DNA of 61,497 nucleotides from a virus (taxonomy: Duplodnaviria > Caudoviricetes), in the IMG/VR virus record IMGVR_UViG_3300008258_000001, positions 1-61,497 of that record. One strand, written 5' to 3'. The translations under genes were made by a program, and so were the position numbers. Position 1 is the first letter of the stretch, and the number at the start of each line of letters is the position of its first letter. This document shows, one piece after another, positions 1 through 9,061 of this stretch. Below the pieces are notes generated by a model. It had not been told where the DNA came from. It ran no database searches and worked only from the letters and a program-made list of their open reading frames with translations.

Positions 1-961
1 CGGCACCAGCGGCAGCTTCTCCGGCAGCGGCGGTCGAGGCCAAACCTTCAGCACCGAACGCACCGGTCTGTTCAGCGAGCATCGCGGCCTGCGAACCCGG
101 AGCGGAAGAACTCAAGCCCGGAACAGCCGAGGAGTAGCCCAGTGAGCTACTCGACGCCTTATCAACCGCAGCCTTGGCTAGTTTGGTTGCCGTCATCGGG
201 TCCATCGCGCTTTGCTGCTGCGGTGCGGGGCCGCGAGCAACTTGCGAACGTGCTTGACCCACTTGGTTAAAGGCCGTGTCGTACACGTTGCCGCCATTGG
301 CATACCCGGGCAGGCCCATGACTTCGCCGCCTTCAGCGTAGGATGGAACCATGCCTCCATCTGCGGCGAACCAACCAGCAACAGTTTTGGCCCCTTTTTC
401 GATCTCGCCGGCGTTCTTCAGGCCGTACATACCGGCCTGACCAAGCTGCCCCCAACCCTGAGCCGTAGAAGCATCCGCCATGGCGTTAGTACGCTGGGCG
501 TTGCCGATCGTGCTGCCCATACTGCTCAAAGCGCCCGTGGGATCGAACCCGCCCAGACCGGCCAAGCCTGCGCCTTCCAGTTGCAGAGATTCAGCGCGAG
601 CGCCGCGACGAGCTTGGTTGGCACCCGATGCCGCCTGCGCAGCCATTCCTACGCCGCCGGTATCACGTCCTCGGGAGAAGCGGGCATCGGCCGGGTTGAC
701 ACCCATACTGGCTAGTCGAGCATCCTGCATTCTGTTGGCGTTGCCGTAGGCCGCGTATGCGTCCTCCATGACTCGCCCGGCTTCCCTGTCTTGGTTAGCC
801 GCAGAACCCATCTCGCGGCCACGCCGCATGAAGTCACGATACCCGGCCATAGCCTGATCTCGGCCAGCAATTCCTTGCTCTGCCACCCGGGTCTGCATGC
901 GCAATAGGGCTCGTTCTTCTTCCTCAAGCCCGCGCTGTCCGCCACCGCCGCCACCGCACAT
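1..961 (-). CDS. N-terminal part of a junction-spanning virion/ejection-type protein (MCGGGGGGQRGLEEEER..., ~455 aa with 61091..61497); absent from the ORF track
   Basis: ATG at 961 with AAGGAG RBS upstream; frame open to base 1. Gly/Ala/Gln-rich with YAEGG/YANGG motifs, typical of podophage internal virion proteins. Confidence 0.8.
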   Translation of the reverse strand, partial: MCGGGGGGQRGLEEEERALLRMQTRVAEQGIAGRDQAMAGYRDFMRRGREMGSAANQDREAGRVMEDAYAAYGNANRMQDARLASMGVNPADARFSRGRDTGGVGMAAQAASGANQARRGARAESLQLEGAGLAGLGGFDPTGALSSMGSTIGNAQRTNAMADASTAQGWGQLGQAGMYGLKNAGEIEKGAKTVAGWFAADGGMVPSYAEGGEVMGLPGYANGGNVYDTAFNQVGQARSQVARGPAPQQQSAMDPMTATKLAKAAVDKASSSSLGYSSAVPGLSSSAPGSQAAMLAEQTGAFGAEGLASTAAAGEAAAGA

Positions 962-963
962 GG

Positions 964-1434
964 TTATTCTCCTTCCTGCTCAGGAGCAGGTTTCTTCAGG
1001 CTGTCAAGGTACGCCTGCCAGCCTTCTTGATGAACAAAACGTCGAATTGCTGGCCCGGCTTCCCGAACCCACGCCGCGCCGCCAATGAGGAAAGCAACCT
1101 GCGTGACCAGATCAACGTACCCACTACGGGAAATGTACGCGATCTTCAGATCTTCCTCATTGTCCGACTTCTCAAGCTCGTTGGCTACGTGCCAGTTGTT
1201 CATCCCGGAAATGACTAGCGGGTTGAGCAGGTCGAAGTGCTTGGCGTAGAACGGGTTACGGGGAAGCGCGACGAGCAGGTTAAAGAACGTGCGGTCGACA
1301 ACATCGTCCGCCACGTCGACGTCTTTGTCGATTAGGTCGTCCCAGACGTGGGCGATGTCAAAAATTAGGGACAGGAAGTCAGCCGCGCTCTGGTCGCCAC
1401 GGCTTACGGTTAGAAAGAAGTTGTCTGACGTCAT
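964..1434 (-). CDS. Conserved phage protein with DDxxD motif (isoprenoid synthase-like helical fold, putative)
   Basis: 156 aa; motif HVWDDLIDKD; PRNPFY motif; TACAAT 6 nt upstream of ATG. Confidence 0.6.
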   Translation of the reverse strand: MTSDNFFLTVSRGDQSAADFLSLIFDIAHVWDDLIDKDVDVADDVVDRTFFNLLVALPRNPFYAKHFDLLNPLVISGMNNWHVANELEKSDNEEDLKIAYISRSGYVDLVTQVAFLIGGAAWVREAGPAIRRFVHQEGWQAYLDSLKKPAPEQEGE

Positions 1435-1467
1435 ACGCTGATTGTACCTACTGTTAGCCTGTCTGCG

Positions 1468-2094
1468 CTATATATCTACACCGCGCTTCTTTGCGTGCCT
1501 CATCCAGTACACGTCCCAGTCGGATAGTGGCCCTTGTTCATCGTAACAGTACGTTTTCATCCTGAGCATCGTGTTGCCATTCTCAGTATCGAACGTCGCC
1601 GCGTAGAACGTCGAGTATTTTCCGCTAGGTAGAGGCCGTTCCGCCCACGCTTCGACGGCGGAATGATCTTGGTGCATGAAGTACAAGCACTTAAAGTGCT
1701 CAAAGTCATCGTCGCCCGGCTGCCCGTACACGCTTACTAGACGGCCAAGACCCAACGCAACCCCACCCGTAGGAATGGGCAGCATGTTCGCAGAAGGTGA
1801 GGTAAACGTGTAAACCTTGTCGTACACCCAGCCGCGCCGGGTAAAGAACTTCCGGCTGAACGCCGCAGGGTCCAAGTGGTCTACATACGGCGGTGCGACC
1901 TTGAATACCACAGACACAATGTCGTCGTTATACACCGTGCTGTACTGCGGCGACGTAATTGAGTGCCAGTTAGTCGTATCCAGTGAGCCGAACTGCTGAC
2001 GAAGCGCTTCAACCGCAGGGCCAAACTCTGGAGCGTCGGTATTGAACGTAAGCCGCTCATCACCGTCGGTGAGCATGCGTTCGACGTAACTCAT
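1468..2094 (-). CDS. Hypothetical protein (208 aa)
   Basis: ORF coupled to upstream gene by 4-nt overlap in the late operon. Confidence 0.7.
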   Translation of the reverse strand: MSYVERMLTDGDERLTFNTDAPEFGPAVEALRQQFGSLDTTNWHSITSPQYSTVYNDDIVSVVFKVAPPYVDHLDPAAFSRKFFTRRGWVYDKVYTFTSPSANMLPIPTGGVALGLGRLVSVYGQPGDDDFEHFKCLYFMHQDHSAVEAWAERPLPSGKYSTFYAATFDTENGNTMLRMKTYCYDEQGPLSDWDVYWMRHAKKRGVDI

Positions 2095-2288
2095 TCTACA
2101 AGTCCCATGTGTTTGAGCCTTGAGTAGACCCCGGCATCTACATTCTCACCGTGCGGGATCAGCAGATAACCTTCCATGACTACCGTCTTAGAAACACTGG
2201 GCTCCTGCACTCGCTTGGCTACGCGATACACAACACCTAAACCATCTGGCTCCGCCCGCGTGTTGATGATGTCGAACGGCTTAATCAT
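2091..2288 (-). CDS. Hypothetical protein (65 aa)
   Basis: Overlaps both neighbours in the operon. Confidence 0.65.
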   Translation of the reverse strand: MIKPFDIINTRAEPDGLGVVYRVAKRVQEPSVSKTVVMEGYLLIPHGENVDAGVYSRLKHMGLVE

Positions 2289-2724
2289 AACGAGTTCCGT
2301 CCGCCGAGATAACCGCAGTAGCCCGTAAGTTCAACGTCTCATTGCTATACGGCCATGTACCGCCTTGGCCCGAGTCACCACCAATCCCGATTCCGAGGAA
2401 CGCCTTGTCTTTTTGGTAGTCCCAGTTACAACCATACTGAACAGTTATCCACCCGCACTGCAACGAGTCCCCTACCCGTTTTACCCCAGATCGGTAGAAC
2501 GCCCAGTAGCTGCTTCGCCATCGGTACTCGCGCTGAATGCCTATGCACCCACCATAAGGATCACTGAGGCCGTCGCATTCTTCTTCGTATTCATAGAACG
2601 TGTACTCCCGCTGGGACTGCGCCAGTGACGGATAAAAATAAATTGGCTTGGTGCCCGCAAATGGGAACGGAAACGGCTGCTCCGAATCGGGGGCAAACTT
2701 GGCTTGGAGTTCAGTCATGATCAC
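2281..2724 (-). CDS. Putative tail-associated protein (147 aa)
   Basis: Aromatic/Gly-rich beta-type sequence; GTGA overlap with upstream tail gene. Confidence 0.55.
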   Translation of the reverse strand: MIMTELQAKFAPDSEQPFPFPFAGTKPIYFYPSLAQSQREYTFYEYEEECDGLSDPYGGCIGIQREYRWRSSYWAFYRSGVKRVGDSLQCGWITVQYGCNWDYQKDKAFLGIGIGGDSGQGGTWPYSNETLNLRATAVISADGTRYD

Positions 2725-3296
2725 GCCCCTGCGTTGTCAGTGCTGCTCGTTGGTAGATCTATAACTTCAGTTGGAGGTGCTGGCGGTGCTGGCGTGACGT
2801 GTGTGCCCTCGCAATACTTGGCCGTGACAAACGTCACCGGGTTGGTAAGCGGATTAGCCGGTGGGGCGACGTTCGTACCGCCAGTAATCACAAGAGGCTT
2901 GAACCTGCTATCAAATGATGGCGTACCGTCGTCACGCAACACAAGCATCCCATAATTAGTATCGGGGGATCGAGCAATGCCGCGAGGATCTGCAAAAACG
3001 TACACCTCGGGAACAGAGTTGCCAGTGCCGCTACGAATAACCTCGATCTCCCATACTTCTGGCCCCGTGGTACGCACCGCCGCTACTGCGTAATAGTCCT
3101 CGGTAGGCATAGTGAAAAAAGGAACGGGTGTGACGTTGCATGTGATACGAAAAGCCCAGTGGCGCAAACCGCCATACCCATCAAACTGATTGATGGTCCG
3201 GTCATACGTAGCCTTGCCGACGAAGTGCAGATTACGAGTCTCGCTGGAGACAAGAACTTGTCCGGTAGCGTTAGTGGCAAGGAATCCCCAACTCAT
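2721..3296 (-). CDS. Putative tail tip/tail-associated protein (191 aa)
   Basis: N-terminus MSWGFLATNATGQVLVSS and internal YGMLVLRDDGTPSFDSR repeat, typical of small tail proteins that follow tip-attachment genes. Confidence 0.65.
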   Translation of the reverse strand: MSWGFLATNATGQVLVSSETRNLHFVGKATYDRTINQFDGYGGLRHWAFRITCNVTPVPFFTMPTEDYYAVAAVRTTGPEVWEIEVIRSGTGNSVPEVYVFADPRGIARSPDTNYGMLVLRDDGTPSFDSRFKPLVITGGTNVAPPANPLTNPVTFVTAKYCEGTHVTPAPPAPPTEVIDLPTSSTDNAGA

Positions 3297-3574
3297 CGCA
3301 TCAGCACCAAGATGTAGGCGTTCTCGGACCCGCCTGATGCAGTAACCAGTGTGGAGGCTACGTCGATGCTGTGCGCGATCGCGCGGCGGTCAAGTGGAGG
3401 AGCGTCGATCATGATCTGTACCACCAGTACCTCACGGCCGCTGAGAACAGGGTAGTTGTTCTGTATGTACCCGCCGCCGGGCACAAAGAAAAAATCAACT
3501 TGGTTCCACGTCACGTCGTCCGACGAATAACTCGTTACACCTTGGTCGGTGTACACGCCGAGGCCGTAGCTCAT
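3293..3574 (-). CDS. Putative tail tip-associated protein (93 aa)
   Basis: N-terminus MSYGLGVYTDQG, directly after a DUF1983-type gene. Confidence 0.65.
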   Translation of the reverse strand: MSYGLGVYTDQGVTSYSSDDVTWNQVDFFFVPGGGYIQNNYPVLSGREVLVVQIMIDAPPLDRRAIAHSIDVASTLVTASGGSENAYILVLMR

Positions 3575-4974
3575 CAGGACAGGTTTCCAAGTATTACCCG
3601 CGCACGGCCGCCTTCGTCGTAAACCACTAAACGATTGTTAGTCATGACCACAGTGGACTCATTGCCACTGGGGTTGACGATGGAAAACGTGTCTGCCCGT
3701 ACGATGAAATCGGACGTGGGCGAAGCGTTGCTGGCTGTGCTGGCGAGACCGAAGCCGGAGACGTATCCGTTCAGGTCGATCTTGACTGTGTATTGGCCTT
3801 CCAGTGTTCCAACCTTGTCCGCAGTTACCGTGGCTTCTTCGCGGATAGCAGCGGAGCTAATCGGCAACCCTGTGTCCGGGTCGGTGATCGCAGTCTGAAC
3901 TTGATCCCAACGTGTTGCAACAGCGCCGACGTTGTTGACGATGCCTTCCGCTCCGCTCTGTACAAGCGCGCTGTTATCTCCGACGGTGGACCACAACGTG
4001 TTAACCGCTGAAGCAAGTGCGTTGTCCGAGTTGGTCCTGACGTTTCGTTCTTCAGTAATCAGCGCCTGCGTATCGTTGATGCGAGCATCAGCCGCGTCAA
4101 CCCATTGCGATCCGTCCCACATGGAAGGGCGGTTTTTATTCCCTGAGTTGAACCAAATGTCGTTAACTCTGAGCGCGTACTGCGCGGTGCTAGTCGGTGC
4201 GTCCTCTTGGAAAAAGACCTTGTTCTTCTGCCCCGTTGTGGCGTTCACGGAAAACAGGAACCGCGCATTCGCCGAATTTGAGTCGGCCGAAACGTCGTTG
4301 AGTTCTACGATGCTGGCATGCGCCGCTTCAAGCCCCGTGTCTGGATCTGTGATCGTCGCTTGAACGCCGGCCAGTGCCCGTGCATTCGCCGAATTTGACT
4401 CGGCACGAACATCGTTGATCGCCGTGATGTTGGCATTAGCCAGTGGCAAACCTGTATTGGGGTCGTTGACCTGAGCCACTACAGAAGCTACCTGCCGAGC
4501 GATCGCAGATGTACTGGTAGTGCTAACCCTATTGATCTCGCCTATTGCAGCTTGCGCCGAAGCAAGGCCGCTGTTCGGGTCGTAGACTGTATCTTTCAGC
4601 CCACGAATCGTCGTAGTGCCGGCGTCAGTCACGATCGCTATGTCAGTGACGCCGTTTTCTATATCAAGAATCTGCTGACTCGCTACGTCAAGTTCTTCTT
4701 GCAGACCGAGAATCTCGACGCTATACCTATCATCAACCAACTTTATCCGCGTGCTCAGGACCTCAAAAAGATCACTGCTACGAACCTGCTCAAGCAAACG
4801 CTGCATGCGCTCAAGCAAGTCGTCTGTCGCGGTGATTTTTTTGATCAGGTTGTAGCCTTCGGCCCCATGCGCGAAGTAGCCCGCGTTGCTCGCGTCAATC
4901 AGCGACTGCAACTCACCCTTGGTGATAAATCGCTCGTCAGACTCTGGCTTTAGATCACCGTCGGCGCTCGGCAA
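3574..4974 (-). CDS. Tail tip attachment/host-specificity protein (J-like C-terminal DUF1983-type domain); start uncertain
   Basis: Coiled-coil repeats (DPNTGL...) followed by YTVKIDLNGYVSGFGLAS...DFIVRADTFSI. TTG start has no obvious RBS. Confidence 0.7.
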   Translation of the reverse strand: MPSADGDLKPESDERFITKGELQSLIDASNAGYFAHGAEGYNLIKKITATDDLLERMQRLLEQVRSSDLFEVLSTRIKLVDDRYSVEILGLQEELDVASQQILDIENGVTDIAIVTDAGTTTIRGLKDTVYDPNSGLASAQAAIGEINRVSTTSTSAIARQVASVVAQVNDPNTGLPLANANITAINDVRAESNSANARALAGVQATITDPDTGLEAAHASIVELNDVSADSNSANARFLFSVNATTGQKNKVFFQEDAPTSTAQYALRVNDIWFNSGNKNRPSMWDGSQWVDAADARINDTQALITEERNVRTNSDNALASAVNTLWSTVGDNSALVQSGAEGIVNNVGAVATRWDQVQTAITDPDTGLPISSAAIREEATVTADKVGTLEGQYTVKIDLNGYVSGFGLASTASNASPTSDFIVRADTFSIVNPSGNESTVVMTNNRLVVYDEGGRARVILGNLS

Positions 4975-7144
4975 ACGAAATTTCTTTGACTCTGCCCGTC
5001 CCGTTCAGTTTGTACGACCAACGAAGCGCTTTCGAGCCAGAGGGTATTCTGAAATACGTGCGACCGATGTACGCGCCTTGAAAGCGTTGAACGCCGTCCG
5101 CGTAGAGAGTGACGGTAACCGGTCCTGAACAGTCAATGTACCCGACTGTGAACGACGACGGCTTAGGGAGAATGTAGTCCTTACTCCACCACTCGTACAA
5201 CGGCGTAGTTCCAGCGCCCTTGTACTGCATCAAATTGCGCCCTTGGACCAGATACAACTGGTCAGACGCAGGTAAAACGTACAGCGCGTCGGACGTAAAA
5301 GTATTCCCGAGTTGAGTCAGGTTCCCGCCGCCTTCCGGGTCGAGCCGGATCTCCCACATCTTGCCGGCGGTCGATGTTCCACAGACTAGAGAACCATCGT
5401 GGTAAGCCAACTCAAGACTGGACAGAAGCGAACCGTACCGGTCACGCCATGCCTCACGGGTCCAAAGCTGCTGGCTCGTATTGAGGTCTACGTTAAACCC
5501 ATTGATGATCGCCAGCCCGTCATTTGAGATGTACGCGACCGTGTTCCCTACGACGCACATGCCGTGATCAGAAACACCGGCTTGCGACTCGGACAGTTTG
5601 GATTGGGTCATCGCGTCCGGGTGGACGCCACTGACAAGATACGGGTACGACACCGTAGTCACGACCAGTGAGTTCTCAAGCGACCGCATACCAACGAGGT
5701 TCACGGGGAACGTCATGCTGTACGGCCACGCCCACGGGCGATACGGCTCGCTGAAGTACATCGTGTCGCCAAAGAAACCGGCGAAAAACCCATTGGGCAT
5801 CAACGTCAGCCCCTGCAAGTTCACAGGAGGAAGATCCCAGCCGATAGTCTCAAGCACGGCATCCGTGCTCTTGACGTTGATGGACGTGTCGTTGTACGCC
5901 CACGTTGTAGTAGAGAACGTCTGCGGAGTATCCGTCACCGACAGATACGAGCCTCCGGGTGTGGATCGGTAGAGACGGAACTTATTGCCGGGGGCGTAGT
6001 CAATAAACGAAGGCGCAGTAAACTGCACAGATACCGACTGCATATACGTTGGCTGAACTACAACAGGAGGAGACGGCTTGGACTCCTCACCCCACTGGTT
6101 CACCATCGTGACGACGTACGCCCGTGCCTCCATGACGCCATACTTGAGCGTCAACTTCCAAGTGCCTGAACCAGTGCCAGCCTTAGACATCGTGGCTTCA
6201 ACACCTCCGGGTACGGCGTCCGATCTGGATGACTCCGCTCCACTAGCCGCTGACAGGGAAAAGACTGTCGTACCCGTCGTCGCGTCGATCAGATCCACCC
6301 TTGCAGCGGGAGTAGCAGTTATCGGTGTCGATCCGCCGATCTGCGCTGCGCGGTAATTCAGGTACGCCCCGGGCGTAGTCTCCGGGCCGTCGGTCGGGGT
6401 AATAGTCACTACACCGGTAAACGTCGTCGACCCTACAACAACGGTAGAAGAATCTTGGATCACCGCGATCTGACCATCCAGCGGCGTGGCTTTGGATACT
6501 TGGTATGAGTATTCACCGTTGTCAACTGTCTGGTTAACAGACAGAGACGCCAGACGAACCGACCTAAGCGCCTCGCTCAACTCGCCGGTTGCCAGTGTTG
6601 TGGGGTCCGCGATAGTGAACGTGAACTCGGTGAACGGACGAACAGTTGTGTACGTGGTTTCGCTTTCCTCGTACTTTTTACCGTCCTTCTCGAAGTATGT
6701 GAACAGCTTGATGATCGCGTTTGGGTAATCAGGCAGCGAGGTTCTATCCAGCAGCGTGTAGGACGGAGCGGCTTCTACGGAAGGAACACCCGCCTTGTAG
6801 CTCACCGGCGGTTCACCGCCCTCGCTAACCATCGAAACGGTACTAGCCACCCTCATACCGCCATTCTGGGCGGTGTAGTACATGCGGTTGTACGCATCCC
6901 CAATGACGGGCCCTTTCCATGCTTTCGTCCGATACGGCCACGAGTAGAACGTCAGACCGTTCAGACTGAATACGGACTTAGCAAGGTTGGAGAGGGTAGT
7001 CAGCAGGAACGGAGCCGCCATTGGGCGAAGCTCTCCGTACGCAAAGTTGCAGTTGATCGCGGACTGAGCCTTGCCGTCAGGCAATTTATCCGCCGGTGTC
7101 CGGGGGACCTCGCCGTTAAACACTTTGGTGGAGAGGATCGTCAT
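4955..7144 (-). CDS. Tail tubular/nozzle (DNA stabilization-type) protein, 729 aa
   Basis: N-terminal FNGEVPRTPADKLP...AQSAINC; RAYVVTMVNQWGEESKPSPP; FSEPYRPWAWP; C-terminal WWSKDY. Confidence 0.75.
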   Translation of the reverse strand: MTILSTKVFNGEVPRTPADKLPDGKAQSAINCNFAYGELRPMAAPFLLTTLSNLAKSVFSLNGLTFYSWPYRTKAWKGPVIGDAYNRMYYTAQNGGMRVASTVSMVSEGGEPPVSYKAGVPSVEAAPSYTLLDRTSLPDYPNAIIKLFTYFEKDGKKYEESETTYTTVRPFTEFTFTIADPTTLATGELSEALRSVRLASLSVNQTVDNGEYSYQVSKATPLDGQIAVIQDSSTVVVGSTTFTGVVTITPTDGPETTPGAYLNYRAAQIGGSTPITATPAARVDLIDATTGTTVFSLSAASGAESSRSDAVPGGVEATMSKAGTGSGTWKLTLKYGVMEARAYVVTMVNQWGEESKPSPPVVVQPTYMQSVSVQFTAPSFIDYAPGNKFRLYRSTPGGSYLSVTDTPQTFSTTTWAYNDTSINVKSTDAVLETIGWDLPPVNLQGLTLMPNGFFAGFFGDTMYFSEPYRPWAWPYSMTFPVNLVGMRSLENSLVVTTVSYPYLVSGVHPDAMTQSKLSESQAGVSDHGMCVVGNTVAYISNDGLAIINGFNVDLNTSQQLWTREAWRDRYGSLLSSLELAYHDGSLVCGTSTAGKMWEIRLDPEGGGNLTQLGNTFTSDALYVLPASDQLYLVQGRNLMQYKGAGTTPLYEWWSKDYILPKPSSFTVGYIDCSGPVTVTLYADGVQRFQGAYIGRTYFRIPSGSKALRWSYKLNGTGRVKEISFAERRR

Positions 7145-7153
7145 GGCAGTGAG

Positions 7154-7195
7154 TTACCGTTTTAGCGCCGCAGCGACAGCAGGGACAATCTTTTC
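7154..7195 (-). pseudogene. Possible 3' remnant of a former holin gene (EKIVPAVAAALKR*)
   Basis: Intergenic sequence translates to a holin-like basic C-terminal tail; no plausible upstream gene body. Confidence 0.4.
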
Positions 7196-7212
7196 ATCGT
7201 CATCAAAGTTTA

Positions 7213-7479
7213 TTACTTCATCCACTTCGATCCAAACTGCACAAGCGCAAACACGATGCCGACCGCGACCCAGACGCCCACGCCGCGATTGATCCACATG
7301 TGCAGCATCTTGTCGGTCTTGTTGTGCGCGGTTTGCAGGCTGGCGACATGGGTTTCAATCTTACCGATTCGCTCGCCTTGCGTCGATTGGCGTTCTTCGA
7401 TCAGCACCAACCGCATCACTGCATCCGTCAGTTTGTCAACTTTGGATTCCAGCCGCTTGAAATCTTCGTCTGAGGTCAT
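7213..7479 (-). CDS. Coiled-coil membrane protein of the lysis region (XhlA/holin-like), 88 aa
   Basis: MTSDEDFKRLESKVDKL... coiled coil plus C-terminal TM segment GVGVWVAVGIVFALV; adjacent to the endolysin. Confidence 0.65.
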   Translation of the reverse strand: MTSDEDFKRLESKVDKLTDAVMRLVLIEERQSTQGERIGKIETHVASLQTAHNKTDKMLHMWINRGVGVWVAVGIVFALVQFGSKWMK

Positions 7480-7496
7480 GTTTTGAAGTGGCATAG

Positions 7497-8108
7497 TTAC
7501 TCGGGGAAACAAGCAAGTGCTTTTTCGTACCGATTTTTACGGTCAGCAAGTCCAATCAGACCGCCGTTGATGCGTTTGGTCAACAACTCAAATTCCCGTG
7601 CGTCGGCCATCGGAGAGCAGTTGTTGGACTTCCAGAACCATCCGGCAGACAACGCAGCAAACTCAGGCGTAAGCAGCAAGTCAGGTTCAGCAACAAGATC
7701 TTTGCCCAGCCCCTTGCTACATGCTGTGTAGTTTGACTTGCCAGTGAGTTGTTTCAGCCCCCGGCCCCGGTACTTCCAGCCTTCACCGCTTGCCTCAGAG
7801 CCGTTACCCATCCGGTTGCCATAGACGTTGTTGGCGATCTTCTCCGGCTGGCGGTGGTATCGCATCGCTACTTCCATCGACGGAAACCGACTAGGCCACA
7901 CGCGCATGAGCGCTTCGGCGCTGTAGTTCAGGTTTTCAAGAAGCCGATTAAAGCCTCCTGACTCGTGAGCGCACTGCGCGAGAAACGCCGCAATTCGATT
8001 CGGGTTGTTGATCTCAAACCGATCACAAGCAGCCTGCACAGCAGGGAGCCACGTAGCAGCAGTCTCGGGCTTTACGCCAACGGCAACAAGGTGAGCAATC
8101 TCGATCAT
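7497..8108 (-). CDS. Endolysin, glycoside hydrolase family 19 (chitinase-like)
   Basis: Motifs RIAAFLAQCAHESGGF, GWKYRGRGLKQLTGKSNY, TKRINGG. Confidence 0.93.
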   Translation of the reverse strand: MIEIAHLVAVGVKPETAATWLPAVQAACDRFEINNPNRIAAFLAQCAHESGGFNRLLENLNYSAEALMRVWPSRFPSMEVAMRYHRQPEKIANNVYGNRMGNGSEASGEGWKYRGRGLKQLTGKSNYTACSKGLGKDLVAEPDLLLTPEFAALSAGWFWKSNNCSPMADAREFELLTKRINGGLIGLADRKNRYEKALACFPE

Positions 8109-8584
8109 TTCTTCTCATCCTTGACACGGGAGCCAAAGGAGGAACCCAGCAAGAACGAGAACATCGAGGCCATCACAGTGCCCAGCATAAAGCCGAGGAT
8201 GGTATCAGCGAACCGCACGTTTTCAGCCGGGATGGGGCCAAAGGTGATGTATGGAATGTACACCATAGCAAAGATTGACCACCCGCTGATGAAGAAGTAG
8301 GTGAACCGCCGCACGAACCAGTCTGAGGAGGACATGGCGTGTTTAGCCATATCTCGGGCGTTAGCCTTATCCTTAACTTCCTGCTCCACCATGAACTCAG
8401 CGTGCTGCATCGCCCGTTCGCGCAAGGAAGCAACATGCTCCTGCGTCATTTCTTCTTCAGGCTTGAGTTCTACCCCGAGTTTTTTCTCGACGTAATCAAC
8501 GCCCTTTTCCAGCACGGCGTCGGCAATCTTAGGCAAGCCGTTAGAGATCAGGCCAGAGACGATAGAGGCGACGATTGGCAGCAT
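8105..8584 (-). CDS. Holin (3TM/GTA-holin-like)
   Basis: Two clear TM helices, C-terminal FLLGSSFGSRVKDEKK; overlaps the endolysin start. Confidence 0.8.
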   Translation of the reverse strand: MLPIVASIVSGLISNGLPKIADAVLEKGVDYVEKKLGVELKPEEEMTQEHVASLRERAMQHAEFMVEQEVKDKANARDMAKHAMSSSDWFVRRFTYFFISGWSIFAMVYIPYITFGPIPAENVRFADTILGFMLGTVMASMFSFLLGSSFGSRVKDEKK

Positions 8585-8586
8585 GC

Positions 8587-9048
8587 TTATCCTTTCAGAT
8601 TAAACGTCAGGTTCTTGTGCCGAGGGTAAGTCACTGTCCGCTCACCCTCTGGGCACTTGTACTTGATGGTCGCCAGCAGGGTGGCCTTTCCGGGATTTAC
8701 GGGCTCTTTGTCCGAAATCTTCAGCATGTACGTGAAGGTGTCAATCTCAGGGCCAGCGGGGCCGGTGAACTTCGACATGCTGGGGGTGGCTTCGTGAATC
8801 AGACCAGCAGCATCTCGCACCGTCGGGGTGAAGCCTTCAACCGAGCAGTCGTCGCGCTTCTTGATCCGAGCTACCGTTACCTGCACAGGCTCACCAACCT
8901 TGGCGTCCTTGATGCTGAAGTGCTCCGGTGCCCACTCAATGATGCTGCGGTCAAACCATCCAAACTTATCCCCAGCGGTATACCCGCCAACTGACAAGGC
9001 AAACGAGGCAGTCAGAAACTGCACCACCGGGGTAAGTTTGGGGAACAT
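8587..9048 (-). CDS. Membrane-anchored/secreted hypothetical protein (153 aa)
   Basis: N-terminal hydrophobic segment, beta-rich body with 2 Cys; first gene of the lysis cluster. Confidence 0.65.
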   Translation of the reverse strand: MFPKLTPVVQFLTASFALSVGGYTAGDKFGWFDRSIIEWAPEHFSIKDAKVGEPVQVTVARIKKRDDCSVEGFTPTVRDAAGLIHEATPSMSKFTGPAGPEIDTFTYMLKISDKEPVNPGKATLLATIKYKCPEGERTVTYPRHKNLTFNLKG

Positions 9049-9061
9049 GGCACTTAAAAAT

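Noticed and set aside
2281-3296. Two adjacent tail ORFs as a frameshifted pseudogene
   Set aside because: Clean GTGA stop/start coupling suggests two functional genes; cannot be decided without homologues.
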